Source: Chiloscyllium plagiosum (lineage: Eukaryota). From it: a DNA stretch of 64,000 nt. The position numbers and the translations under genes are program-made. The stretch is taken from positions 5,038,220-5,102,219 of the forward strand of contig NC_057754.1 of the NCBI RefSeq assembly GCF_004010195.1, in the 5' to 3' direction. The notes below the pieces were generated by a model, which was not told the DNA's origin, ran no database searches, and saw only the letters and a list, made by a program, of their open reading frames with translations. Position 1 is the first letter of the stretch, and every line of letters starts with the position of its first letter. Of the stretch, positions 1 through 12,622 are shown piece by piece.

Positions 1-410
1 CTGGAATGGCCTCTCCCCTCGTCGGCCTGTCAACGTACTGAGTTAGGAAACCCTCCTGAACACACCTTGCAAAAACAGCTCCATTCAAATCTTCTGCTCG
101 AAGGAGGTTCCAATCAATATTGGGAAAGTTAAAGTCACCCATTACAACAACCCTACTCCGTCCACACTTTTCCAATATCTGCCGACCTATGCTTTCTTCA
201 ATCTCCCTGCTGCTATTGGGAGGCCTGTAGTAAACCCCTAACGAGGTGACTGCTCCCTTGCTGTTCCTAATTTCCACCCATACTGACTCGGTAGGCAGAT
301 CTTCCTCGACAATGGAAGCTTCTGTAGTTGTGATACCCTCTCTGATTAGTAGTGCTACACCTTCTCCTCTTTTTTTCCCCCCCCCTCCCTATTCTTTTTA
401 AATGCTCTAT
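1..410 (-). mobile_element. CR1-like LINE ORF2 fragment, APE endonuclease domain (runs off window start)
   Basis: Minus strand reads GEGVALLIREG...SVWVEIRN...LGVYYRPPNS...VVVMGDFNFPNIDW...FLTQYVDRPTRG, typical CR1 endonuclease motifs; frameshift in the homopolymer near 370-385. Confidence 0.85.
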
Positions 411-954
411 GATCAGATCCATGGTCAAGCCAATTGCATTTGAGGTTGGATTTAGAGAAATCTACTGTTATTGATAACGGTGAGGGTTGAGTAGTGGGAT
501 CTTGAGAACAGCAGGTCAAGGATAACAAATCATTACAGTTGATTTAATGCCGGACGTAAAGTTGAATTGGTTCTCGCTTGATTTATCAATGTTTTAAAAG
601 TGTTTTAACACAAGAAATAAAACATCAGTTGACCTCATAAGAATGCAACTTTTTCATCCTTGCATGAAACAGATTCTCTGAAAGGTTAATTTCTATCATC
701 CAAATGGAGCTATGAAATCCTTTTATGTATCTTACTTTCTCTTAAAATGTTTGAACCTTTCACCTCTTTCAGTCTTTCTCTCCTTTTACAATCCACCAGC
801 TTTCAAAGCCCAGACTTGGCATCACCGTAGCTCTACTTCCTGATTTACTCAGGCATCTGTTCAGCTTTTCAATCTTGATTTCTGATCATCATCTAAAAGC
901 TCAGACCTCCACTTTTTACAATTTAAAAAAAAAAGTATTATAGTGTTTTAAGCA

Positions 955-2325
955 CGAAAAGTCCCCTCATTTCAAGTCGTCCGTGCCGACCAGATATCTG
1001 AACTTAATCTAGTCCCATTTGACAGCATTTGGCCCATATCCCTCTAAACCCTTCCTGTTTATGTACCCCATCCAGATGTGTTTTAAATGTTGTCATTGTA
1101 CCAGCCTCCACCACTTCCTCTGGCAGCTCGTTCCAGACACGCACCATGAAAAAGTTGCCCCTTAGGGCCTTTTAAATCTTTCCCCTCTTACCTTAAACCT
1201 ATGCCCTCTAGTTCTGGACTCCTCCACCCCAGGGAAAAGACCTTGGCTATTCATCCTATCCGTGCCCCTCATGATTTTATAAACCTCTATAAGATCACCC
1301 CTCAACCTCTGACACTCCAGGGAAAACAGCCCCAGCCTGTTCAGCCTCTCCTTATAGCTCAAACCCTCCAACCCTGGCAACATCCTTGTAAATCTTTTTT
1401 TGAAGCCTCTCAAGTTTCACAACATTTTTCCTATAGCAGGGAGACCAGAATTGAATGCAGTATTTCAAAAGTGGTCTAACCAATGTCCTGTACAGCCACA
1501 ACAGGACCTCCCAACTCCTGTACTCAATGCTCTGACCAATAAAGGAAAGCATACCAAATGCCTTCTTCACTATCCTATCTACCTGCAACTCCACTTTCAA
1601 GGAGCTATGAACCTGCAGTCGAAGGTCTCTTTGTTCAGCAACATTTAGTGTATAAGTCCTGCACAGATTTGCTTTTCCAAAATGCAGCATCTCACATTTA
1701 CCTAATTTAAATTCCATCTGCCACTTCTCAGCCTATTGGCCCATCTGATCAAGATTCTGTTGTTCTCTGAGGTAACCTTCTTTGATGTCCACTACACCTC
1801 CAATTTTGGTGTCATCTGCCAACTTACTAATCACACGTCTTATAAATGGTTTGGATGTGAATATATAAATGATGAAAAGCAGTGGACTCAGCTCCGATCC
1901 TTGTGGCACACCACTGGTCACAGGCCTCGAGTCTGAAGAGCACCCTTCCATCACCACTCTCTTCTACCTTTGAGTCTGTTCTGTATCCAAATGGCTAGTT
2001 TTCCCTGAATCCTATGTGATCTAACCTCGATAACCAATCTACCATGAGAAACCTTGTCGAATGCCTTACTGAAGTCCACATTGATCACGTCCACCACTCT
2101 GCCATCATCAATCCTCTTTGTTACTTCTTCAAAAAAACTCAAGTTAGTGACACAGGATTTCCCACGCACAAAGCCATGTTGACTATCCCTAATCATTCCT
2201 TGCCTTTCCAAATACATGTACATCCTGTCCCTCAGGATTCCCTCCAACAACTTGCCCACCACTGATCAGGCTCACCGGTCTAATGTTACCTGGCTTTTTC
2301 TTCCCACCTTTCTTAAATAGTGGCT
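955..2325 (-). mobile_element. CR1/HER1-like LINE, 5'-truncated RT and 3' end, frameshifted
   Basis: ORF fragments SQHGFVRGKSC, DFSKAFDKV, SGVPQGS, LADDTKIGG, RLRGDLIEVYKI. Confidence 0.9.
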
Positions 2326-2784
2326 TACCATGATTAGCAAATAAATTACAGCCCTGGGAGGAATCTAATACAGACGAGAGCCAGAGATTGAGAGATGCAA
2401 GGAGAGTCAGTTCTTGGGAACTACGTAATGCATAACTGAGACTGTTATTAATCACATAAAGAACAGAAACAAAATCTGAACAATAAATTGCAGACACCCA
2501 ACATGGAGACTGTGAGATTTAAGTCGTCATCATCATTAATATTACACAGTCAAACCTGTAATATATTTATTCACTGATTAACGAGCATGCACAAACATTT
2601 GGCAAATGCATTGCAGTAATTTAGAAGGACCAAGGTTTTTTCAAATCAGTGCCAGCTGGCAGGATTGGAGTCCCTTTCTTTACCTGAAAAGAAATGACGG
2701 TGGAACATTGTCAATTCAGATACTGCTGGCCATTAATGTTTGTCACAAAATTAGCTCCAAGGGGATGGTTGTATTGTCCTATAG

Positions 2785-3425
2785 CAGTCATGAAGGCTTA
2801 TACCATGGGAACAGGCCCTTCAGCCCAAATTGTCCAAAGCCACCCAGTTTTCACAATTAGTCTAGTCCATTTGCCTGCATTTGGTCTATTTCCCTCCATA
2901 CCTATCCCATCCATGTACTGGTCCAAACGTTTCTTAAATGACAAAACTGTACTCGTCTCCACTACTACCTCTGTCAGCTCGTTCCAGACACTCACCACCC
3001 TCTGTGTGAAACAAGTGCCCTCTGGACCCATTTGTATCTCTCCCCTCTCACCTTAAACCGACACCCTCTAGTTTTAGACTCCTCTATCATGGGGAAAAGC
3101 TATTGGCTACCTACCTTGTCTATGCCCTTCATAATTTTATATACCTCTATAAGGTCACCTCTCAGTCTCCTACACTCCAGAGAAAAAAGTCCCAGCCTTT
3201 CCTTATAACTCAAACCTTCCAGTCCAGGTACCATCCTAATAAACCTTTTCTGTATTTTTTCTATTCTAACTATATCATTTCTATCGTAGGACAATCAGAA
3301 CTGTACGCACTATTCCAAATGTGGCCTTACCAATGTCTTGTACAGCTGCAATAAGACGTCCCAACTCAATGCTCTGACCAATGAAAGCAGTCATACAGAA
3401 AGCCTTCTTCATCACCCTGTCTATT
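2785..3425 (-). mobile_element. CR1-like LINE 3' fragment
   Basis: RRLRGDLIEVYKIMKG and FTQRVVSVWNEL motifs followed by a CR1-type 3' UTR. Confidence 0.85.
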
Positions 3426-3930
3426 TGTGTACACAGTGTCCAATGAGGTGACACTTGCTAATGCACCACTATGAGCAATTAGAGGTGACCTGTACAATTT
3501 AAGATTCCTGTTCTCACTTGGATTTAGTAGCACAAAGAGAAGGAACAGGAATCGGCTTCCAAATGATAACCCTGAGATAGAAGATAGTAGCCAAATCTGT
3601 AGTGGACTGGATAATCTTCTCTGAAATGGGTAGGTCCAAAGAACTGCCAACCAGCTCATTCATGAATGCTGAACTTCCCAATGGTTTAACTCCAGAAGTA
3701 CCCCTACTGCACAGTTGGAGGGGTAAGGATATCCTTAAGCTTTGAAAGACGTTTATTCCTAGGTGTATCTGGACTTTGAGTAAATTAGCAATATATCTCT
3801 GAGAACACTGCTCCAGAGAATGGTGACCGACTGGGAAATGCTGATATACAAAGGGACCTGACTATCCTTGAACACCAGTCACTATGCAGTAATGAACGCA
3901 AATGATATGTTGGCCTTCTTTGCAAGAGAT

Positions 3931-4250
3931 TGGGCAGCACGGTGGCTGAGTGGTTAGCACTGCTGCGTTACAGTGCCATGGACTCAGGTTCGATTCCAGC
4001 TTCGGTGACTGTCTGTGTGAAGGTTGCACATCCTCCCTTGTGTCTGTGTGGGTTTTCTCCGGGTACTCTGGCTTCCTACCACAGTCCAACTGTGTGCAGG
4101 TTGGTGTAGATTGACCATGCTAGGTTGCCCATACTGACCAGGAATGTGCAGGCTAGGTGGATTAGGCAAGATAAATGCAGGGTTACAGGGATGGGGTGGA
4201 TCTGGAGGGTCGCTGTGGACTCAGTGGATCCCACTGTAGGGATTTTATGA
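3931..4250 (+). mobile_element. HE1-like tRNA-derived SINE nested in an old CR1 fragment
   Basis: A box TGGCTGAGTGG, B box GGTTCGATTCC, V-SINE-like core, LINE-like tail; CR1-like sequence on both sides. Confidence 0.85.
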
Positions 4251-4529
4251 AGAGCAAAGACACTACAGCTATACAGAGCCTTCATGAGACTATACCTTGA
4301 GTATTTTATGTAGCTTTGCTCTCTTTACCTAAGATACACTAAGAGGATCAGTCATGATCATGTTGAACGGTAGAGCTGGCTTAATGGCCGAGTACTGCGC
4401 TCCATTCCATCTTGTGCTTGTACTAACAGAAATTTCCCTTGTGTGAAGTGGAGGCAGAGTCATGAATTTGTGATTCCTGTGGAGAGTGACGGCAGGGGGG
4501 GAAGGGCTGGTCTCAGCCTCACAGTCTGA

Positions 4530-5612
4530 CAGACTTGATTAAATTATTGTCACATGTACCTCAATACAATGAAAAGTTTTATTGTACGTGCAGTACAGGC
4601 AGATCATACCATACAAGGTGCATCAGGGTAATAGAACAGAGTGACAAATACAATGTTACCGCTGCAAAGAAGGTGCATTAAAAATAAGGTCAACATTAGA
4701 TTTGAAATTTGAGATGTCCATTCAGAAGTCTGATAACAGCAAGGAAGAAACTGTTGTTGAACCTATTGGTACGTGTGTTCAAGCTTTTCTATCTTCTCCC
4801 TGATGGAAGAGGTTATAAGAAGAGGTTAGTGGGTGGCACAGTGGTTAGCACTGCTGCCTCACAGCGCCAGAGACCCGGGTTCAATTCCCGCCTCAGGCGA
4901 CTGACTGTGTGGAGTTTGCACGTTCTCCTCGTGTCTGAGTGGGTTTCCTCCGGGTGCTCCGGTTTCCTCCCACAGTCCAAAGATGTGCAGGTCAGGTGAA
5001 TTGGCCATGCTAAATTGCCCGTAGTGTTAGGTAAGGGGTAAATGTAGGGGTATGGGTGGGTTGCGCTTCGGCGGGGCGGTGTGGACTTGTTGGGCCGAAG
5101 GGCCCGTTTCCACACTGTAAGTAATCTAATCTAATCTAATCTAAAAAAGAAATTATAACCGGGGTGGGAGGGGTCTTTGATGTTGGCTGCCTTCCCGAGA
5201 CAGTGGGAAGTGTAGGTGGAGTCAATGGATGGAAGGCTGAGTTTTGTGTTGGACTGGGCTGTGTTCATAACTCCGTAGTTTCTTAATCCTGGGCAGGGCA
5301 GTTGCCATACCAACCCATGATGGATGCAGAGAGAATGCTTCTATAAAAGTTGGTGAGGCTCCTTATAGACATGCCAAACTTCCTTATCCTCCTGATGAAG
5401 AGGTGTTGGTGTGCCTTCTTGACTGTCGCATCAATGTGCGTGGACCAGGACACACTGTTGGTGATCGTCACACCTGGAAAGTTGATGTTCTTCTCCCTCT
5501 CCACCTCAGCTGCATTGATATGCCCTTCTCCTTGATTCCTGAAGTCAATGATCAGCTCTTTGGTTTTGCTGGCATTGAGGGACAGGTTGTTATATTTGCA
5601 CCACGTCACTAA
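4530..5612 (-). mobile_element. Rex1/Babar-like LINE 3' fragment (interrupted by a SINE)
   Basis: WCKYNNLSLNASKTKELIIDFR...VKKAHQHL...LTNFYR...WYGNC matches the Rex1/Babar RT C-terminus. Confidence 0.75.
4830..5144 (+). mobile_element. Young HE1-like SINE with (TCTAA)n tail
   Basis: B box GGTTCAATTCC, CpGs retained, tail GGGCCGAAGGGCCCGTTTCCACACTGTAAG(TAATC)n. Confidence 0.9.
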
Positions 5613-6209
5613 GCATTTCCTTGTATTTTCTGAAGAGTTCCTACACTAAGCACCACAAAGACATAGTACCCCAGCAAGCGATGGGAAGAAAATAAAAAGG
5701 GCAACTTCTTGAGAGGGAGTCGAGTGGAAATAATGTTTGAATCATATTACTAAAAGACTGTGTGAAACAGAATAGCAGTAATGAAATGTCATTTACATTA
5801 TGATTTATAGTATTGAGGAAAAGGCCAAACTTCTGTTTCATCAATTAAGCTGTCTCACGTATGACAAATTGACAACTCCCCTATGAATAATTTAAAATGA
5901 CCTGTAATGAACATTTTGGACAACATTAACAATGACAGCAGGAGACATGAGGCTAATTAATAATGGTGTGATGTTACTGACGTATACAATACAAACAACA
6001 ACACCTCATGTTTACATAGCATCTAAAAGGTGCCATCAGATAAAAGCCGAGTCAGAGAAGGGGCAGCGGATGTTTTTAACTTAAAAATTTTTGTGGTACT
6101 CCATGAAATTATGCCAAACTCTTCAGGCAAGATGCGAAAACTTTAAAAGTTTGGAGAAAAGACTTGTTAAAATGGTTCCAGGAATAAGGGACTACACTTA
6201 ACACGGATC

Positions 6210-6492
6210 TTGGAATCCCTACAGTGCAGAAAGAGGCCATTTGGCCCATTGGGGCTACACCAACCCTCCAAAAAGCTCCCAACCAGACCCCCCACCCCCC
6301 ACAATTCCCATGGCTAACCCACACATCCTTGGACAGTATGGGACAATTTAGCATGGCCAATCCACCCTAATCTGCACATCATTGATTGTGGGAGGAAACC
6401 GGAGCACCCGGAGGAAACCCCACGCAGACATCCGAGGGTGGAATTGGACCTGGGTCCCTGGTGCTGTGAGGCAGCAGTGCTAACCACCATGC
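6210..6492 (-). mobile_element. HE1-like SINE
   Basis: Reverse complement of the 4830-5144 family. Confidence 0.8.
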
Positions 6493-6796
6493 ATTCCCTA
6501 TACTTCTGGCTTTAGCTGAAATCTTACCAATTTAAGGAGGTAGACAGGGATTTAGTGCTATCTGTGAGAAGGCAATTTCTGGGACAATCAACTCACAACC
6601 CGCACCACTAAGAAAGCTTGCCAAGCACCAGGAGCCTTGACTCAGAAGTTCAATCAGAAACTGGCAAACATTGGGAGCTGGATGCACTGGTGAGCAGGTA
6701 ATTATTTTGGCAGCAATTGCAAGTTGAGGTCAGAGGCAAAGGACTTGGGTGTAGCTTCCTGCAGACCCCTCCTTGCACTCTGACCTTGCTCCAGAT

Positions 6797-7340
6797 TAGA
6801 ACATAAGAACTAGGAGCAGGAGTAGGCCGTCTGGCCCTTCGAGCCTGCTCTGCCACTCAATAAGATCATGGCTGATCTTTTTATGGACTCAGCTCCACTT
6901 AACCCGAATTTTCACCATATCGCTTAATTAATTTTTTTTCAAAAAGATATCTACCTTAGATTTAAAAGCAACTACTGAAGTAGTGTCAACTACATCCCTA
7001 GGCAACAAATTCCATAGGTTAACAACCCTTTGGGTGAAGAAGTTCATTCTCAATTCAGTTCTAAACCTGCTTCCTCTAATCTTGAGGCCATACCCTCTTG
7101 TCCTTGTCTCACCTACCAGTGGAAACATCCTATTTCTACTTTATCGATTCCCTTTATATGTTTCTATAAGATTCCGCCCCTCTTCTGAATTCCAATGGAT
7201 ACAATCCCAATCTACTCAGCCTCTCCTCAGAAGCCGACCCCCTCGACTCCAGAATCAACCTAGTGAAGCTCCTCTGCACCCCCTCCAGTGCCAGTACATT
7301 CTTTCTGAAGTAAAGAGACCAAATCTGCACACAGTAATCC
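6797..7340 (-). mobile_element. CR1-like LINE 3' end
   Basis: FPLVGETRTRG...FFTQRVVNLWN motif and CTCCTAGTTCTTATGTTCT terminus. Confidence 0.85.
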
Positions 7341-8129
7341 AGGGCAAATTGGATTGCCTTGGTTTACCAGTTGGGAAGTCAGCCACTTTTCATCTTTCCT
7401 GTAAAGGCAGGCAATTGGGCCAGTGGCAAGTTGAGGTCCTTAAGTGACCATTGGTTGACCAGTTAAGGACCTTGGGTAGCACATTATGATGTTCGCACGT
7501 GGACCTTCTTGTGCAGGGTTTAATTTCTGAAGTGGCAAGAAAGGAACGAGTATCCCCTTGCCCCCATGGACAGCTCGCTGAATTATTGCCCTTTGCACCA
7601 CCTCCAGGAAGGGGAGAGTCGCTCTCTAACTGCTTTCTGAAAGTAACTCCCTTAGTAATCAAAGGCAAAAAGTTAATATCAAATATATGAATAATGAACA
7701 CATCTAATAAGGGATTCTAACAGTGTGATCAAAAACTTGGTTGGGATGCATTTTTAGGAGGAAAGGGATATGGAGTATTTGGGACAGAAATACCCAAACA
7801 TGATGCATCAATGGCCAAAGACTTGACCATGGATGATGAGACAATGGGATTCACCGTCCACAAGAGAATCTGACGAATAGGGCATTCTGGATCAATGGGG
7901 AGGAGGTTCATAAGGCTGCATTAGGTTAACATCGGTACGCAGTGAGGTCAGAGGTCTACTTGGCAATAACAGATTCCAAATTGATGCACTGCAGATCTTG
8001 ATTTCATTGTAGCTCATTAAAGACAGAAGTGATAAGTTGCAGTGAAAGGCACGCCTTGAGCTTGTGCCACGTTACCTGGATCCTTTATGAATTCCATAAT
8101 GGGGGTGGGTGGAAGAATTTTGGTGCTTT

Positions 8130-8800
8130 TGTAGACAAGAAAACAGAAAGGGTCCATAGCTCCCTGGAAGTGACCACACAAGTAGATAAGGTGGTCAAAA
8201 AGGCATATGGCATGTTTGCCTTTCTTGGTCAAGGCACGAAGTACAAGAGTCAGGAAGTGAAGTTGCAGCTTTATAAGACTTTGGCTCAATTCTGGTCACC
8301 ACACTACAGGAAGAATGTGAAGGCTTCAGAGTAGGTACAGAAGTATAAAAGGCTGCTGCCTGGATTACAGGATATGAACTATGAAGGAGAGGCTGGACAA
8401 ACGAGGGTTGTTTTCTGCGGAGGCTGAGGGAAGACCTGATAGAAGTCAATAAAATTAAGAGAGTCACAGATAGGGTTGAGTCAGAATCTTCTGCCCCAGA
8501 GTTGAAATGTTTAAAACTCAGAGGCATGCATTTAAGGCTAGAGGGGGAAATTCGAAGGAGTTATGAGGGGGCAAGTTTTTTTTACACAGAGAGTGGTAGG
8601 AGTGTGGAACGTGCTGCCAGGGGTAGTGGTGGGTCAGATATGATTAGGGGTGTTTAAGGAGTTTTTAGATAAACATATGAATATGCAAGGAATGAAGGGA
8701 TATGGATCATGGACAGGCAGATAGGATAAATTAATTTGGGGTCATGTTCAGCACAATATCGTGGGCCAAAGGGTCTGTTCCTGTGCTGTACTGTTTGATG
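8130..8800 (+). mobile_element. CR1-like LINE 3' fragment
   Basis: QVDKVVKKAYGMFAF...QFWSPHYRK, followed by a CR1 3' UTR. Confidence 0.85.
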
Positions 8801-9824
8801 TACCACTTACATCTATCTATCTTGAGAATGAGACTGTCACCTTATAACCAATGTCAATTAGCGTGTCCTCAAATTCCTATCATTTGTGCTCTGATGAAGC
8901 GTGTTTACTTCTTTTTCTTACTGTTCACTGCTAAACAACATTACTGTATTCATTACCAACTTACACCTGCCAAACCTCCTCATTGCTGCAGGCTTAACAG
9001 CAGAGAGAAAGAGAGAGAGGGGTGGGGGGAACCGTTCAGGCTATCCATGATTGAAATGATAGTCCAGACACTAGCCAATATCCATCTCATTGCTCTACCA
9101 TCTGATCCTTTTACAAACTTTCTTTTTAAAACGATCATTCAAAACAAAAATTTGACAATTAAACTCCATTAACAAATGAAACATTTAATGGGATCGACAT
9201 AACAGCCGTGAGCATTAGTCAATTTCTGCAACGTGTTTGAAAACAAGACATATTTGTTAGGTCCCCGGTTAAGGGGAGGGGTGAGTGTTGGATAGCAAGG
9301 CGACTGCAAAGTAATTTACTGTGGCTTGTGGGCATTTTTATAATTTCTCTACATATTTTCAGTGTTATTCTTAATGAACTTCTTCAGGGTTGCTATTTAG
9401 CTGAAACTGCCGTTGACTCCGTGGATGTTCTGATTAAATTCAACTGCTTAAAATTAGGGCTGTGATGGATACAGTGATGCAGAAGGAATAAAAATTCCAC
9501 TTGACCCTGAGCACAATCAAATGAGCATTAATTGCAAATATGTTTTATGCAGTCATCTTTGCATTTTTATATTTCTTTGCCTGGCCATGTGAGAGGTTCC
9601 ATCCACTACCCCCTACCTCCTTAACCTTCCTCCCCCGTTAATGCCTTATATTTGACAGTCTGGTTTTATGAACAATCATCTTTGTAAGTAACAGTCTTGC
9701 TTTTTTATCTGCATTATATGATTGGTCTGTGGATGCATTTTCTAGCCATTCTAGACATTAAGACAGAGTCTTTGACGGAGATTAGGTTTTTACAGAGCAA
9801 GCTGATTTGTCTGGATACTGAAAG

Positions 9825-9935
9825 AGGTTTGAAGATGTTACATTGGCCTCGAAACGCTAACTCTGTTTCTCTGTCCAAGTGTGCTGCCCGGCCTGCTGAG
9901 CTTCTCCAGCATTTTCTATGTTTATTCTGGATATT
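9825..9935 (+). mobile_element. Degenerate Penelope-like 3' terminus with decayed hammerhead core
   Basis: TTGAAGA...CGAAACGCTAACTC...TGCTGCCCGGCCTGCTGAG resembles the other PLE termini in the window. Confidence 0.5.
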
Positions 9936-11194
9936 ACAGAACTTGGTTTGACCTTCTTTAAAAAGCTCCATTTTTAATCTCCTGTGGTGTTTTGCTAGCA
10001 GGATTATAGCATATTTCTCTAAGGCCAGTTCGATTCTTAACAGAATTGCCTCTTACATCCTACTTCAGTCAAGCTCCTTTCCAGTTCAGACATGGCCAAC
10101 AGTGATGACCTCAGCTAATACTTCCCATGATTTTCCAACCACAACATTATCCACTTGGCTTCCTATAGCTCAACTTTCTTTCATGTGGGAGTTTCTGGAA
10201 GGAAGTATCCTAATCAGGGATTCACAGGCAGAAAAATTCAATCCCGATGCAATTTTTATTGCAGTTCCCGAGCTGAATCATGGCCACTGCACAGCTGCTC
10301 TGCATTCAGTGTAGAGCAACAATCAATTCAAGCCAATCAGTTTAGTGAGACAGCAACATTTCAGAAATCAGATTACTTCTGTTGGGCATGCTTAAGTGTT
10401 GTTTTGTTTTTGCATCTTTGAAATTGAGTTATTGGAGGGATGGGTAAACGGATTTGAGAGAAAAGATTTACCAATTGACTGTGTCATTTGTAATTTTGAG
10501 AAGCTAAGGACAGTGTTATTATGATTAATGTTCCCTTCTGTCAATGTTCTCTGACACAACCTATTTGTAAAAGGTCTCATGCTTAAAAGAGCATACTTCA
10601 TCAACATCGTAAACATTTATTGGGAAGAGACTGATAAAAGCTGATATCAAAGTAGATTTATTGAGAATAATGTTCTTCTAATTGCTTGCCTGTGGTAAAT
10701 GTGGAGATAGTGGTTCAACACTCTGGTTTGTCAAGCAGAGCTCTGCTTTGAGAAGCACTCTGCAATGCTGGAGATCTGGATAATAGGCCAGTGATTCTCC
10801 ACATGCTGAGCAAACTATTGCTGTACACAGTTCTCTCAGTTCTGCTTTTACAGAGCTGAATATGTGCCTCCTTTGGGACCAGTAAAATGTTCTATCGCCA
10901 AGCCAGACATGGTGGACACCAGGGGATTCATGAAGTTATAAAATTTCTACGTTTGCTCACCTAATAGTCATCATTATTTCTTCCCTTTCTTCTACAATAA
11001 AAGCACTATTTTCCTGAGTTGCTCACACTTAACAACATAAGAAATAGGAGCAGGAATAGGCTATCTGGCCCTTTCAGCCTGTTCTGCTGATCTTTTCATG
11101 GCCTCAGCTCCACTTACCCACCCTCTCACCATAACCTTTAATTACTTTACTGTTCAAAAACTTATCTCGCTTAGCTTTGGACTGTAAATACACA

Positions 11195-11520
11195 TACTGT
11201 ATGAGGATGTCAGTGGCTAGGCCAGCACTTATAGCCCATCCCTAATTGCCAAGAGGGCAGTTCAGAATCAACCACTTTGCAGTGTGTCTAGAGTCACATG
11301 TAGACCAGACCGGTAAGGACAGCAGAGTTCCTACTAAAGGATAGTAGTGAACCAGATGGTTTTTTCCAACCATCGACGGAAGGATTCCTGGTCATCCTGA
11401 ACTCTTAATTCCAGATTTTTTTATTGAATTCTGCCATGGCGGGATTTGAACACAGATCCCTGGAACATTACCTAGGTCTCTGATTTAATGGTCTAGTGAT
11501 AATACCATGAGGAGGTAAAG
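11195..11520 (-). mobile_element. tRNA-derived SINE, second family (tail shared with a CR1-type LINE)
   Basis: Similar to copies at 37815, 44685 and 60625; B-box remnant; GGGCAATTAGGGATGGGC tail. Confidence 0.7.
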
Positions 11521-11533
11521 CTGTGGTAACCAT

Positions 11534-11902
11534 CTTCCACCTCATCTTCCTCCTTGGAACCCTCCAACCACATGGGATCAATGTGATTTCACCAGTTTCT
11601 TCATTTCTTGCCTCCACCTTATGCCAGATCCAACTTTCCAACTCGACACCATCCTTTTGACCTGTCCTATCTGTCCATCTTTGTTCCCACCTATCTGTTC
11701 CACCCTCCACTCTGCCCTATCACCATCACCCACCTTTATCTACCTATCGCACTCTCAGCTGCCTTCCACCCCCTCCCATTTATCTCTCAGCCACCTTGGC
11801 CCACAAGCCATACTCCTGATGAAGGGCTTATGCCTGAAACGTCGATTCTCCTGCTCCTCGGATGCTGCCTGACCGACTGTGCTTTTCCAGCACCACACTC
11901 TC
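11534..11902 (+). mobile_element. Penelope-like element 3' fragment (family 1)
   Basis: HLIFLLGTLQPHGINV endonuclease C-terminal motif, 3' UTR with hammerhead; candidate TSD AACCAT at 11528 and 11903. Confidence 0.8.
11812..11848 (+). ncRNA. Minimal type I hammerhead ribozyme motif (best-preserved copy)
   Basis: CUGAUGA (11816-22), A, GGGC-UUAU-GCCU stem II, GAAAC GUC (11836-43); stem III replaced by the ACGU palindrome. Confidence 0.7.
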
Positions 11903-12319
11903 AACCATAATACCTTGAGGTTGTTGTCTAGGGGATACCCTTCCATGACAGTGTGTCAGTAACTTCAAAGTGTGTCAACAGCAATGATGCATTTGTCCAG
12001 CAGTACAAGAGGTCCCTCTGTTGCAGACTGTGCCTGACTATTCCTCATCTGTTCCCATTCTGCCTGAGTGCTCTCAGTAAGTGAGCTCATCCACTGAGTG
12101 CCAATGCTTGCTTTGATTCTCATGCAGCACTCAGGCTGATAAGTGTTCCATTCTATAGTTGGCTTCAGCATCCTGGTTTGGGATGTGAAAAATCGACCAG
12201 AGTTCCTGCTGCTGAGAAGCGTCTGTGGAGATGCAACCACTTCGACAAGTCCAGATGTGTTCAGTTAACTGATTGGTACTGGGCAGTTCACAGATGAAAT
12301 GAGATTGGAACAATAGCAT

Positions 12320-12622
12320 ACACTACTGTGTCAATCCCAGAAAGACCCCTCCTCCCCCAGTTATAATCTCTTCCAACCTCTTAATCACACATACCAACAG
12401 GTTCAAGAACATCTTCTTCCTTGCTGTTATTTGACTTCTGAATGGACCTCTCAAATTTCAGATCTAACGCTGATCTTGATTTTTGCACACCACCTGTGCA
12501 GCTGTAACCTTGAACACCTCACTCTGTTCAATCACCGTATGATCTGCCTGTACTGCTCACAAAATAAAACGTTTCACTTTTACTTAGGTACATGTGACAA
12601 CAATAAATCAAATCAATCAAAA
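12320..12622 (+). mobile_element. Rex1/Babar-like LINE 3' UTR
   Basis: Reverse complement of 4530-4810 and 5150-5220; ends CAATAAATCAAATCAATCAAA. Confidence 0.7.

Noticed and set aside
3931..4010. tRNA gene-like A/B boxes here and at other SINE heads
   Set aside because: Continuous with SINE cores and tails; no complete cloverleaf
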